This document shows, piece after piece, positions 1 to 9,010 of a stretch of 64,000 nt of DNA. Below the pieces are notes generated by a model. It had not been told where the DNA came from and searched no databases. It saw nothing but the letters and a program-made list of their open reading frames with translations. The stretch is from assembly GCA_000146465.1 (NCBI GenBank), contig CP001952.1; one strand, written 5' to 3'. A program made the position numbers and the translations under genes. Numbering within the stretch: the first letter of the stretch is position 1; every line of letters begins with the position of its first letter.

Positions 1-294
1 TCCCCATCGACTATGGACATAGAACTTGCCATACATCTGCTCAATCTGGTCTGGGCAAACATTCTTGACCCCAGCTTGGCGGTACAACAATCCTTTGACG
101 GATGTATGGAATCTTTTGTTACAATCCTATCCTCGCAGGCTGTATATGGATATGTGCTTCAGGGTCTTTTCCACCCCTCGAGTGCTGTAAGAAGGAGATA
201 CCATACTGTCTTGGAAGCGATGGAGCATTTCGACAGCACCTCGCTCGCACAGTGTTTCCTTGTGGAGGAAGACCTCCTTGGTCTTGAAAAGTAA
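1..294 (+). CDS. 3' fragment of an unidentified protein gene; the gene begins upstream of the window
   Basis: The frame of track ORF 13..294 stays open back to nt 1 (tcc cca tcg act atg ...). The C-terminus looks helical (...VLEAMEHFDSTSLAQCFLVEEDLLGLEK*). No family recognised. Confidence 0.3.
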   Translation, partial: SPSTMDIELAIHLLNLVWANILDPSLAVQQSFDGCMESFVTILSSQAVYGYVLQGLFHPSSAVRRRYHTVLEAMEHFDSTSLAQCFLVEEDLLGLEK

Positions 295-315
295 ATCATT
301 AATTTTTTATTGTCC

Positions 316-1689
316 TCATTCAAGGTTGTAGTGGAACGGTTCGATTACTTCTCCGTTTCTATATCCTGTTTTTGTTCGGACAAGCTTTCTAAAAATTCGA
401 AGTGTATTTCTCTCTCTGGATATGGAAGCATCGATCTTTTCGTTGTACTCGCCCTCGGTATATCCAAAGGGTAGCTCTGCTAGGAATTTCTTGTCTACAG
501 AAGATATGTTTTCATTGATTATAACGTGTGATCTATTGAAGTCTTTTCTGTTGGAATACTTTATTCCTTCCACGACATTTCTTATGGTATTACTCTTTGT
601 TTTGACAATCTCCAACCCTGGACCTGCCCATTCTCCCCATCCAGGAAGGACAGTCTCCTCTATTCTTGGCGCTTCCTTCTCCACAGTCTCTGCCTTTTCC
701 TTTATAAAGGCTTTTTCGTTCTCCTCCATATCATCCTTAAATGCAAGCCTTACAAGTTTCTCCTGGCCGTCTTCCTCTTCCTCATCTCCCCCAAAGCTGA
801 GTATGGGTGTCTTCTCATCCTCAGGTTCTTCTATCTCCTTGAGGAGTATGTCTGGAATGCGTTTTTGTCTTTCGTCCTCATGAACATCCTCCCCTTCTTT
901 TTCTTCTCCTGCCTCCTTGCTCTTAAGTTTGCTCTGTCTTCGGATACGCCTATATGTCTTGCTTTTTATTCTTTTGATCCTTCTCATCTTCTTATCAAAC
1001 TCATACTTGAGGTTCTTTTCAAAGACTATTGCCCTTGATTCCTTCTTTCTTTCTCCATGAAGAATCCTGTCCATAGACTTCTCCAAATTCGTCGACGGAA
1101 TAATCTCATAGAAATCCTCGTCTTTCTTCTTCGCCATCTTCCTTCGGCCTTGCTCAATTGCATCAAAGGCTTCTTCTCTTACCGCTGCATACACAGATTC
1201 CTTGTTCTCCTCAAGCTCTCCAATATCAATCCTATCTCCCTCCTCAAACTTAACAAGATCTGCAACTGAAATTTTATTAACCACCATGGGCTCTGGAGAT
1301 GGCCCATAGATCAATTTTTCCAAGGATCCAATCCCAGACAGCCCATGGAATACTACGACCCCGACGATATCCTTCTGAACGAAACAAGAATACAGGTTGT
1401 ATTCAAGCACAAGGTGCAGAACTTCGGATTTCTTGGACAGAGATCCAGGATCCTTCCAGAAAACAAGAAGGTGGAGGTCCCATACTTCCTTGTAGCCTTT
1501 CTTCTGAAAAACGACCATTGTAAGCTGGCCGAGGGCTTCCCAGATAAGTCCCTGCTGGAGGATATAAGCGCCAAGCCTGGAGTAATTGACCTGAGGTCGG
1601 TGTGTCCTTACTTCTTCTACTTGCACTCCATTCTTCTCAAAGAGGAAGTGTCTCTGCCGGAGTTCTTCTATGAAAGAATAGGAGACCAT
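316..1689 (-). CDS. UTP14: U3 snoRNP / SSU processome protein Utp14
   Basis: C-terminal signature LPGWGEWAGPGL, then HVIINEN and LPFGYT, matching the Utp14 family motifs (LPGWGSWGGPGL ... NVIINEK ... LPYPFT). Lys/Glu-rich central region. ATG confirmed at 1687-1689 (revcomp). Confidence 0.75.
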   Translation of the reverse strand: MVSYSFIEELRQRHFLFEKNGVQVEEVRTHRPQVNYSRLGAYILQQGLIWEALGQLTMVVFQKKGYKEVWDLHLLVFWKDPGSLSKKSEVLHLVLEYNLYSCFVQKDIVGVVVFHGLSGIGSLEKLIYGPSPEPMVVNKISVADLVKFEEGDRIDIGELEENKESVYAAVREEAFDAIEQGRRKMAKKKDEDFYEIIPSTNLEKSMDRILHGERKKESRAIVFEKNLKYEFDKKMRRIKRIKSKTYRRIRRQSKLKSKEAGEEKEGEDVHEDERQKRIPDILLKEIEEPEDEKTPILSFGGDEEEEDGQEKLVRLAFKDDMEENEKAFIKEKAETVEKEAPRIEETVLPGWGEWAGPGLEIVKTKSNTIRNVVEGIKYSNRKDFNRSHVIINENISSVDKKFLAELPFGYTEGEYNEKIDASISRERNTLRIFRKLVRTKTGYRNGEVIEPFHYNLE

Positions 1690-1857
1690 TCTTCTCTAGT
1701 TCTCAAGAAGGCGTTTTCCGAAGATGATGTATGGAGGTTGGACGTGATTGAAAGAGGTCTTATTGTACGCAGCAGGAGAACTTTCCAGAGATTTCATAAC
1801 TTCCTTATCTTGGGTCATAACTAGAGGCTGGCCCAAGCAGTACGCCGGTGCCACCCA

Positions 1858-2739
1858 ATGATAAAATATTTCGAAAATTATTTGGCCATGATAAAATACG
1901 AATGTAGGCTCCACTCCAGGAAGTATCCCCGAGAGGGAGAAATAGTCATGGGAAGGGTTGTGTCCATAGGGGGAGAAGGCTTGACCTTGAATCTCCTAGA
2001 GTATGGAGATCTAGAAGGACTAGTTCTTCTGGGAGAGTTGTCGAAAAGAAGGGTGAAGAGCATACAGCATGTGACCAAGATTGGGAACATCGAGATATGC
2101 AATGTCCTGAAGGTGGATGAGCAAAAGGGATACATAGACCTGAGCATGTCGAAGGTCACAGAAAGCGAGAAGTCCGAATGCAAGGAGACGAGTGCAAAGA
2201 ATAAGCTTGCATACCATATCATGCTCAAGGCTGCAAAGAAGTTAGGGATGGAAGTATCAGAGCTGTATGAAAAGATGGGATATGACAAAGAGGAAGAGTT
2301 TGGGTCATTGTACTACTTCTTTGCAAGGGTTAAGGATAACGGAGACATCATAGAAGATGATGAGGTAGGGCTAACAATTAAGAGCTTGATTCGAGAGCAG
2401 TTCCAGGCTTCTACATATAAAGTGCGTGCGGATATAGATGTTGTGTGTTCGTCTCGAGGAGGGATAATCTCGATAAAGAAGGTCTTCGATGATGCTTTGA
2501 AGCTGGATCCAAGGCTTGAGTTTTGTCTGATCAAGACACCTACATATTCAGTGACACGTGTATCCAGCAATAAGGACAAGGCCTATGAAGTGGTGAGAGA
2601 GGCATGCGACATTCTAATTTCAAACATCAAGAAGGAGGGGGGAACTGCCTCTGTGGTAAGCCAACCAAAGCTGTATGGAGAGAAGTCAAGATACAACCTG
2701 TTGAACTTTGAGGAAAATGAGATTTCTTCTTCCGAGTAA
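1858..2739 (+). CDS. SUI2: Translation initiation factor eIF2 alpha subunit
   Basis: N-terminal S1 domain: YPREGEIVMGRVVSIG...LLEYGDLEGLVLLGELSKRRVKSIQHVTKIGN, then KVDEQKGYIDLSMSKV. This is the classic eIF2-alpha signature (ELSRRRIRSI, DKEKGYIDLSKRRV). Confidence 0.85.
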   Translation: MIKYFENYLAMIKYECRLHSRKYPREGEIVMGRVVSIGGEGLTLNLLEYGDLEGLVLLGELSKRRVKSIQHVTKIGNIEICNVLKVDEQKGYIDLSMSKVTESEKSECKETSAKNKLAYHIMLKAAKKLGMEVSELYEKMGYDKEEEFGSLYYFFARVKDNGDIIEDDEVGLTIKSLIREQFQASTYKVRADIDVVCSSRGGIISIKKVFDDALKLDPRLEFCLIKTPTYSVTRVSSNKDKAYEVVREACDILISNIKKEGGTASVVSQPKLYGEKSRYNLLNFEENEISSSE

Positions 2740-2790
2740 AATCTTGTCTTTTTGCAACCAGACTACAAAGAATCTCTTTATTGCCCTTCT

Positions 2791-3000
2791 ATGAACAAGA
2801 AGTTTATGTCCAGTGGGGTATTCCAGTTTCTGGACGAGGTTTACGAGCAGGATGGGCCTTTGGTAAGATATGGTGTCCTTGTGGGGAAGGGAGAGCTGAT
2901 CTTTGATGAGACATTGATTACAAACAGGACAACCTTATACAATGTCCTCAAGAAGACGGAAAAGGGAAGATATTCCTCGGATGGGCTGATGGATTGGTAA
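2791..3000 (+). CDS. Small hypothetical protein of about 69 aa
   Basis: The track ORF starts at a TTG (2752). The first in-frame ATG is at 2791 (MNKKFMSSGVFQFLDEV...). Compact ORF between eIF2-alpha and a convergent L7Ae gene; no family recognised. Confidence 0.3.
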   Translation: MNKKFMSSGVFQFLDEVYEQDGPLVRYGVLVGKGELIFDETLITNRTTLYNVLKKTEKGRYSSDGLMDW

Positions 3001-3036
3001 GGAGTGATTTATTAGAAATATGATCTATTCCAGCAA

Positions 3037-3366
3037 TCAAGCAAGTGTCTCGAGCACTTTGGCGAGCATGTCGCTTCCATCCATCTCGAGAAAGACACAG
3101 GTGAATCCGTTTGGAAGGGAAACCTTCCGCCTTACAAAGACATACTTAATGCCTCTGTCTTCACAGACTGCAGGAAGGTGTGTGATGAGGTCCATGGGTG
3201 TTGTGTCTGCCGTTAGGACCAGCAAGCCTCTTGACCCCTCTAAAATGCGTTTTTGGCACTTCTTGATTCCTGTGGACAGAACTCCTCTTTCTGCCTGGTC
3301 TCTTACAAGGCTGGCTATCATCTCTGTGGTGGACTCTGATGCTATTGGGCTTGCTATTGGAATCAT
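3037..3366 (-). CDS. SNU13: L7Ae-family RNA-binding protein, Snu13/Nhp2-like (15.5K)
   Basis: GIKKCQKRILEGSRGLLVLTADTTPMDLITHLPAVCEDRGIKYVFV matches the L7Ae/Snu13 core (KKGANEATKTLNRG...LAAD..P.EI..HLP.LCEDK.VPYVFV). About 109 aa. ATG at 3364-3366 (revcomp). Confidence 0.7.
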   Translation of the reverse strand: MIPIASPIASESTTEMIASLVRDQAERGVLSTGIKKCQKRILEGSRGLLVLTADTTPMDLITHLPAVCEDRGIKYVFVRRKVSLPNGFTCVFLEMDGSDMLAKVLETLA

Positions 3367-3435
3367 CTCTGGGCAAATTTTTGCGGCAAAATATGAATGC
3401 AGGACATGATATATGTAAGGAGAAGGAGCCCCTGA

Positions 3436-4344
3436 ATGGGGGGAAAGAACTTCATGACGTCCAAAGAAAAGGACTACGTTGCCGAGTGCCTCAAAAGAAA
3501 TATGAGATACTTTCGATCCGACATCGACTATGCAGTGCTTTTTCGAGAGGGGGAAGAGAAGATTGAGGTGAAGTGTGATGATGGAGAGCCAAAGAGAAGT
3601 GTTAACCTGATATTTGGAAAGGAGAATAAGAAGTCTTCAAGGAGGCCAAGGCCGTTCTGTGGGGTGGAAGTGGAGAACATCAGGGAGCCGATGCGGGATA
3701 TGTTTCTGCTTGAGGAGCTGATTGATTTGTACACAGCCAGGAGATATTGCAAACTCTCCCCAGAGGATCTCCGGGAGAATATCGAAATGTTCCGGGAGAA
3801 ACTTCTTTGTAAGTTTGACGTGTTTATCTCTATCGCAAAGTTTGTTAGTTTTCTCGGGGAGTATTTTCCTTTTGCAGAGGAAGAGGAGAAGAAGGAGGTT
3901 GTAGTTTTGCTTCTAAGAACATTCCATCTAGTCAAGGATGTTCCTTCGTTCTATAATTCTATTGGGTCTTTAGCCGGGTGTATGCCCCAGGTTTCCGAGG
4001 CTGAGTTGGAGGAGGGATTTGTTTCTACATTCCTTTTCTTTCCAAGCGGGTTGATCCTGGCCACTCTACTGCTTATCCAAAACGAGGCCTTGTGTGGTGT
4101 ATTTTATGAGGCTATTATCAAGGAGTCTGGTTGGTCCTTTACAAAGAGCAAGCATGGATGGCAGTTTCTTTCTGTTATGATTTCGATTGCAGATGAAGAA
4201 AAACAAAAGTCTATTGTGAGAAAAGCAAGACCTTACCTATCGGAGGTATCCAAGGAACCCGAGAGTGATGAGGCAAAGGGTGCAAGATTGTTTTTAGAAG
4301 CGATAGGCATCGACATGGAAGACCTTAGATGTTGGGGCGAATGA
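3436..4344 (+). CDS. Hypothetical protein, 302 aa
   Basis: Intact ATG-initiated ORF preceded by a CCCC motif (gagcccctgaATG). No recognisable family motif. Confidence 0.4.
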   Translation: MGGKNFMTSKEKDYVAECLKRNMRYFRSDIDYAVLFREGEEKIEVKCDDGEPKRSVNLIFGKENKKSSRRPRPFCGVEVENIREPMRDMFLLEELIDLYTARRYCKLSPEDLRENIEMFREKLLCKFDVFISIAKFVSFLGEYFPFAEEEEKKEVVVLLLRTFHLVKDVPSFYNSIGSLAGCMPQVSEAELEEGFVSTFLFFPSGLILATLLLIQNEALCGVFYEAIIKESGWSFTKSKHGWQFLSVMISIADEEKQKSIVRKARPYLSEVSKEPESDEAKGARLFLEAIGIDMEDLRCWGE

Positions 4345-4397
4345 TGGGATGGGTTTGGAACATGATGTTTAGAGATAAATTCCTACAGGTGACTTAT

Positions 4398-5387
4398 TTA
4401 ATCGTCGTTTTTCCTTTTACAGAGGCTAGATTCGTCTTCTTTGGGATTGAAGTTGCGAAGCGGTGCATTCGAGGCATCCTTGCAGGATCTGTCTTTAAGA
4501 TATTCATCCTTAACAATTTGGTCTATAGTTATTCTGTTTGAAGGGTCAAGACAGAGCATCCTACTGATTATCTGAACTGCCGACTCGTCGTGGCTTTCAA
4601 TGATTTTTTCAATCCTTCGGGGAGATTGGGGAAGCCTGAAGTTGCGGAAGCCGGGAAGATTCTGCACGCCTGGATAGCTATTCTCGTTAATGGATCCACA
4701 GGCATGTATGATCATCTCCAGCTGTGAAATCTCTGTATTTCCCTGGAATATCATGTATCCCAGATACATTTCCGTCAATATACAGCCCAATGACCAGATA
4801 TCCACAGCATAGGTGTAGTTATAAGATCCTAGAAGGATCTCTGGAGGTCTATACCATAAGGTCACTGTTCCCGGGGTATGCATGCCTGCCTTTGCCACAT
4901 ATCTTGCCATTCCAAAGTCTGCAATGGCGGCATTCAGCTTATGGTCTAAAAGAATATTCGCACTCTTTAGGTCTCTGTGCATAATCCCCTTGTTGTGAAT
5001 GTACCACACACCTTTGGCAATCTGATGGAATATATGCTTGACCTCTTCGGGTGCTAGTCTGTTGTTTCTTATGAATCTATTTAAATCATATGGAAAGTAC
5101 GGAAACACCATGTAGACATCTCCTCCAGGCTCAACCACCATCTCCATGAGTCTTATTATGCTTGGATGGCTCATTGCTCGAAGGACTTGAATTTCCCGGA
5201 TTGTTGTCACTGGTATTCCTTCTTTCTCTTTGGTTACCTTCTTCAGTGCATATCTAGCCCTTCCCTTCCTTGCAAGAATGACTTGGCCAAAGGTCCCCTC
5301 TCCTATGACCCTTATCTTCTCATAGCTCATTTCTGTTACAGTGAACCTCTTGTGTGCTAAGATTTCCCCCTCTTCTGGTAACTCCAT
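4398..5387 (-). CDS. Cyclin-dependent kinase, transcriptional CDK9/Bur1/Ctk1-like
   Basis: Kinase subdomains IGEGTFGQV...ALKK; PVTTIREIQVL (PITALREIKIL-type cyclin-binding helix); HRDLKSANILL; DFGMAR; TLWYRPPEILLG, which is diagnostic of the CDK9/CDK12/Bur1 clade. The track start is a TTG at 5456. I moved it to the first ATG at 5385-5387 (MELPEEGE...). Confidence 0.75.
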   Translation of the reverse strand: MELPEEGEILAHKRFTVTEMSYEKIRVIGEGTFGQVILARKGRARYALKKVTKEKEGIPVTTIREIQVLRAMSHPSIIRLMEMVVEPGGDVYMVFPYFPYDLNRFIRNNRLAPEEVKHIFHQIAKGVWYIHNKGIMHRDLKSANILLDHKLNAAIADFGMARYVAKAGMHTPGTVTLWYRPPEILLGSYNYTYAVDIWSLGCILTEMYLGYMIFQGNTEISQLEMIIHACGSINENSYPGVQNLPGFRNFRLPQSPRRIEKIIESHDESAVQIISRMLCLDPSNRITIDQIVKDEYLKDRSCKDASNAPLRNFNPKEDESSLCKRKNDD

Positions 5388-5433
5388 CGCTTGGGTGGAG
5401 GAGCAATAAGTTTTATTGTTAGAAGCGCCCCAA

Positions 5434-5805
5434 ATGCTAGGGGAGAAAGAGGGCAAAATCTTAATGAGGGAGGTTAGGAAGACAGATCAATCTCTCAGGG
5501 ACCTTTTATATGTGTCTAACTTTGTCTCTGTGTACTACTATACTGATGGGAATTGGGATAAGGCAGGAATTGAAGGGACGTTTGTGATGTATAGCAGGGA
5601 ATGCTACCCTCTGGTTGGAATACATGTTTTTAATAGGAAAGATCTGAAAGACTTTTCCCTTTACTTATCAAAGGAGCTATCCTTCGGGATAAAAGGAAAT
5701 CTTATGACAATAACCGAACAAGAGGAAAACAGAATCCATGGCCTTTGGTTCCACAACGATGTCCATCCCAAGGCGATTCTGGAGTGTCTAGAAAGTTCTC
5801 TGTAA
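5434..5805 (+). CDS. DCP1: mRNA-decapping enzyme subunit Dcp1 (EVH1-fold)
   Basis: VSVYYYTDGNWDKAGIEGTFVMYSRECYPLVGIHVFNRKDLKDFSLYLSKELSF...GLWFHNDVHPKAILECL parallels the Dcp1 EVH1 core (VAVYQF...WEKTDIEGTLFVYRR...GFTIVNRLN...EFQL..PFLLY...IYSIWFYDKNDCHRI). The track start TTG at 5416 was replaced by the ATG at 5434. Confidence 0.6.
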   Translation: MLGEKEGKILMREVRKTDQSLRDLLYVSNFVSVYYYTDGNWDKAGIEGTFVMYSRECYPLVGIHVFNRKDLKDFSLYLSKELSFGIKGNLMTITEQEENRIHGLWFHNDVHPKAILECLESSL

Positions 5806-5875
5806 TTACTGTCCATGCCGGCTTTTACCCCATGAGCCCCTACCCAATAATTAAAGCTGAATACCATAGCCCTGA

Positions 5876-6511
5876 ATGGCAATTCTTTATACGCAGATAA
5901 TAAAGCTTCCAGACTATAGGATTCTTTCAGGAGAGTATTCGCCTCAGAGCAACTCCCTTAGACCGGGAAACGACATAGTCAAAGAGTTGAGAAACACCAT
6001 TAAGTCGATCCCAGGTAGTGGGACTTCGTCTTTTTACACATTCAACTCTTTGGACACAAGATTTGTCTTCTACTTCAAGGTCCATACTGGGATTGTTTTT
6101 GCAGTGATAAGCGACAGGTACACCTCTTCAAAACTGGCATCCGAGTATATGGATCTGGTTGTGGAAGGCTTTGCGAAGATATATGTGGATAACCCAAAGA
6201 CAACATACTACACTTTTGACCCCACAATCAAAGCCATGTCTGACAGGTTCAACAGAGACTCAAACTATGCCCAGGGAATGGCAGTTGTTGAGGAAACTAA
6301 GGGACTTCTGGCGGAATCTCTCAACATGATAATTAAGAGAGACGAGAACATAAACAACTTGAAAGGTCTTGCAAGCAGGATGACTGTCGAGGCACAGATG
6401 ATGCAGAAGAACATTCAGAGGATGCATCTAAAGAGTATGTTGAACGACTACTGGATCTATGTAGTGTTTGCAGTTCTGATTATTCTCTTTGTGTACTATA
6501 TAGCCCATTAA
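5876..6511 (+). CDS. Longin-domain R-SNARE with C-terminal TM anchor (Sec22/VAMP7-like)
   Basis: N-terminal longin-like segment (FVFYFKVHTGIVFAVISD), a central SNARE heptad region (LNMIIKRDENINNLKGLASRMTVEAQMMQKN) and a C-terminal hydrophobic anchor (YWIYVVFAVLIILFVYYIAH). Confidence 0.6.
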   Translation: MAILYTQIIKLPDYRILSGEYSPQSNSLRPGNDIVKELRNTIKSIPGSGTSSFYTFNSLDTRFVFYFKVHTGIVFAVISDRYTSSKLASEYMDLVVEGFAKIYVDNPKTTYYTFDPTIKAMSDRFNRDSNYAQGMAVVEETKGLLAESLNMIIKRDENINNLKGLASRMTVEAQMMQKNIQRMHLKSMLNDYWIYVVFAVLIILFVYYIAH

Positions 6512-6578
6512 ATTAGTCTTGTCTAAGCTATGGTTTCTGATTTCAATGAGAAATCTTGTCTGATCTTTCCCTTGAACA

Positions 6579-7073
6579 ATGGAGATCGGAAGTCCGAGGA
6601 AGGAGGAACAAGCTACGGCCGGAGAGAATTTGAATGGAGAATCTGGGGCAAGGGAAAGAGAGGGCCAGTCAATGCGAAAGGCCAGGGGTTCGGATGTTCC
6701 CCAGGTGCTGGAGTCTCAGTCGTGTGCAGCAAGAGAATGTGCAAGAGATGAGATAAGAAAGTTTGTTAGGGTTCCTGTAGAGGTGGACACGGTCGGAGGA
6801 AAGCCATTGATGTTTACAATGTGGGCATCGGAAGAGAAGCCTATCCACAAAAAGAAGCATGCCACAGAGGCGTACCGGGATGTTTTTGGATGCGAGTCTT
6901 GTGAAGGGGTGTTTGACTCCTTCAAGAAGCTGGAGCTTCACAGGGCTCTTCACAAGGGTTCCTCTGATGTGCCCAATCCCCTTTTCTGTCCTGTTTGCAA
7001 GAAAACATTTGACGAAAAGCGTAAGCTGATGCTCCACTCCAGGTATCACAAGATAAACAAGGACGGAGAATAA
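6579..7073 (+). CDS. C2H2 zinc-finger protein
   Basis: Two C-terminal C2H2 units: CESCEGVFDSFKKLELHRALH and CPVCKKTFDEKRKLMLHSRYH. ATG at 6579. Confidence 0.5.
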   Translation: MEIGSPRKEEQATAGENLNGESGAREREGQSMRKARGSDVPQVLESQSCAARECARDEIRKFVRVPVEVDTVGGKPLMFTMWASEEKPIHKKKHATEAYRDVFGCESCEGVFDSFKKLELHRALHKGSSDVPNPLFCPVCKKTFDEKRKLMLHSRYHKINKDGE

Positions 7074-7128
7074 ACTGTGAAATGTCTTGAATGCTTATAT
7101 TGGCTTATGGTGGGGTTTATGCCACGCT

Positions 7129-7407
7129 ATGGGAAACGACTTTGAGGAAGGAGTTGAGGACATTGTTAGAGAGCTCTTCTTCATAGAAGAGCGTATGGAT
7201 CCAGAACTCCCACTCATATTTCAAGAAAAGACCAAGGAGCTGGAAGAAGAACCGGAAGAAATATGCTGCATATGTCTCGAGTACATTAAAGGGTCGCAAG
7301 CATTGCTTGTATGTAGACATTCCTTTCACCTGACGTGCATTTATTCATGGTTGGACACAAAGAGAGTATGTCCAAGCTGTAGAATGGCAATAAAATGGGA
7401 AGAGTAA
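7129..7407 (+). CDS. RING-H2 finger protein (putative E3 ubiquitin ligase)
   Basis: CCICLEYIKGSQALLVCRHSFHLTCIYSWLDTKRVCPSCR is a C3H2C3 RING-H2 pattern. The track start at 7087 is a TTG; the first ATG is at 7129. Confidence 0.55.
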   Translation: MGNDFEEGVEDIVRELFFIEERMDPELPLIFQEKTKELEEEPEEICCICLEYIKGSQALLVCRHSFHLTCIYSWLDTKRVCPSCRMAIKWEE

Positions 7408-7437
7408 GGTCTCTCTTCCCCTAAACAAGCCCTTTAA

Positions 7438-7836
7438 ATGCCAAAGAATAAATATAACATCTTGGCAGAAAAGCCTCAGGATCCAAAGGATTCTCCAGCG
7501 AATGAGGAGAACTTGAGTCTTGCATTTGAGTCGTCCTTGATTCTTTCTGGAACAAAATATCCCGAACCTAGAACGAGAATTGCATTCAACTTCATATCTA
7601 CATGCGAGCATGGTGTGGTCAAGCTTTTCTTTGTCACAGTAACCCACGCCAAGTCAGATCAGGAGTACTATGGATTGGATGCATCGGATAACTGTGTGAT
7701 TGTCTCGTCGGACAAATTAGAGACCGGAAAGAGATATGAAATTTATGGGAGGCTTGAGGGCGGAACACCTAAAACCCTCCACTGTGTAGAGATCAGGGAG
7801 ATATGTTATAGAAGACTGTGCTACGAAATATTCTGA
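7438..7836 (+). CDS. Hypothetical protein, 132 aa
   Basis: ATG ORF preceded by a CCC motif. No family recognised. Confidence 0.35.
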   Translation: MPKNKYNILAEKPQDPKDSPANEENLSLAFESSLILSGTKYPEPRTRIAFNFISTCEHGVVKLFFVTVTHAKSDQEYYGLDASDNCVIVSSDKLETGKRYEIYGRLEGGTPKTLHCVEIREICYRRLCYEIF

Positions 7837-7881
7837 GTCACTTAATTTACTTTCTTCAATAAATATATATGCAGAGGATGA

Positions 7882-8970
7882 CTATTTAGAGACAGGGCTT
7901 TTTTTAACCGTCCTTCTTGCTGTCGGCGGCGTCCTACCTCCCTTTTGGGTTTTTTTGATTATATTTCTTCCGGCCACTTCCCAGTTGGGGCCTGTTCCCC
8001 ATTTCGCCTCTCCCCCGTTGGTGTCCAAAATCCCCTTAAACTTGGATTTTATCATTCTAAGGAGATTTTTCGAGGAATCAAACTTGGTGTGCATCCATCC
8101 ATACCTTACACTCTTTTTAGGCTTTGAGTCCTTCTTCTCTTCTTGGCTATTTGACGATTCTTCATTTTTGTTACTCTCACCCTTGCTTGCACATTCCTCC
8201 TTGATCTTTGGAGTGGATAGGCCCTCGATTTCTATCACCATCTTCCTTCGGGTACCCTCGTCTTCAGACTGTTTGCTCTTTTCGTCGTCAAAGCTTTCTT
8301 CCTCATGGCCCTTTGCGGAGCACTTCCCCGAATCCTTTTTGTGTTCCTTCCCAACCACACTTGAGTAGGCGTCCTCGTTCTCCTCCGACATCCCAAGACC
8401 TCGTTCCTCAAGCCTGTGGGGATCCGTAGTCGTGGATAGCATTATTTCCTTCTCAATCTTCTTTGCCATCGAGAGCTTTCTCTTGTACGATTCTGAGTTC
8501 TTGTCAAGGACCTCCATGTACTCCGACTCGTCAAACTTATTGTCTATGTTGAAGAGCTTTGAGTTTGCTTCAAATTGGTTCCAGTCCTTGCTTCCTTCCT
8601 CTGAAAATCTTTCAAGAGTTGCAGATTCGTTTGGGGGAGTTGGAGGAGGAGCAGTTACCTCGACCGCTCTGGATATCTGAGAATCTGTTTTGAACGAATC
8701 CCAAGATGAAGTCTCCTTTCCTTTGCTGGCCTTCTCCGTCGTCTCCAAGGGAATGCTCTTGTCTTCACTCTTCTCTCTTACACCCTCATTTGTCTTCTTC
8801 ACCGTGATTATGTCACTTTCGGAAATAGAGATTGTAGGAAACACAATCCCAGGGTTCATCTCGAAAAATGCATTCTCCAGCTTCACCATTCCATCTTCGT
8901 TCGAAAGAAATGTACCTATCATTCTGCTTGGGTTGTTCTTGAAGCATATAGCAATCGTGTAATTATCCAT
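7882..8970 (-). CDS. Hypothetical charged/Ser-rich protein, 362 aa
   Basis: ATG at 8968-8970 (revcomp). Acidic Ser/Glu/Lys-rich middle and a basic C-terminal tail (KKSPVSK), which suggests a nuclear protein. No family assigned. Confidence 0.4.
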   Translation of the reverse strand: MDNYTIAICFKNNPSRMIGTFLSNEDGMVKLENAFFEMNPGIVFPTISISESDIITVKKTNEGVREKSEDKSIPLETTEKASKGKETSSWDSFKTDSQISRAVEVTAPPPTPPNESATLERFSEEGSKDWNQFEANSKLFNIDNKFDESEYMEVLDKNSESYKRKLSMAKKIEKEIMLSTTTDPHRLEERGLGMSEENEDAYSSVVGKEHKKDSGKCSAKGHEEESFDDEKSKQSEDEGTRRKMVIEIEGLSTPKIKEECASKGESNKNEESSNSQEEKKDSKPKKSVRYGWMHTKFDSSKNLLRMIKSKFKGILDTNGGEAKWGTGPNWEVAGRNIIKKTQKGGRTPPTARRTVKKSPVSK

Positions 8971-9010
8971 CTGCTCCTAAGGGCTTTTGCACTAGAGTTT
9001 ATTTCTTTTC

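Noticed and set aside
2996-3015. gtaaggagtgatttattag directly after the 2791..3000 ORF stop, considered as an intron that would extend that small gene
   Set aside because: The 5' site is GTAAGG, not GTAAGT. The downstream frame runs antisense through the L7Ae gene with no sensible product. The TAA stop at 2998-3000 is most simply the real end of the gene.
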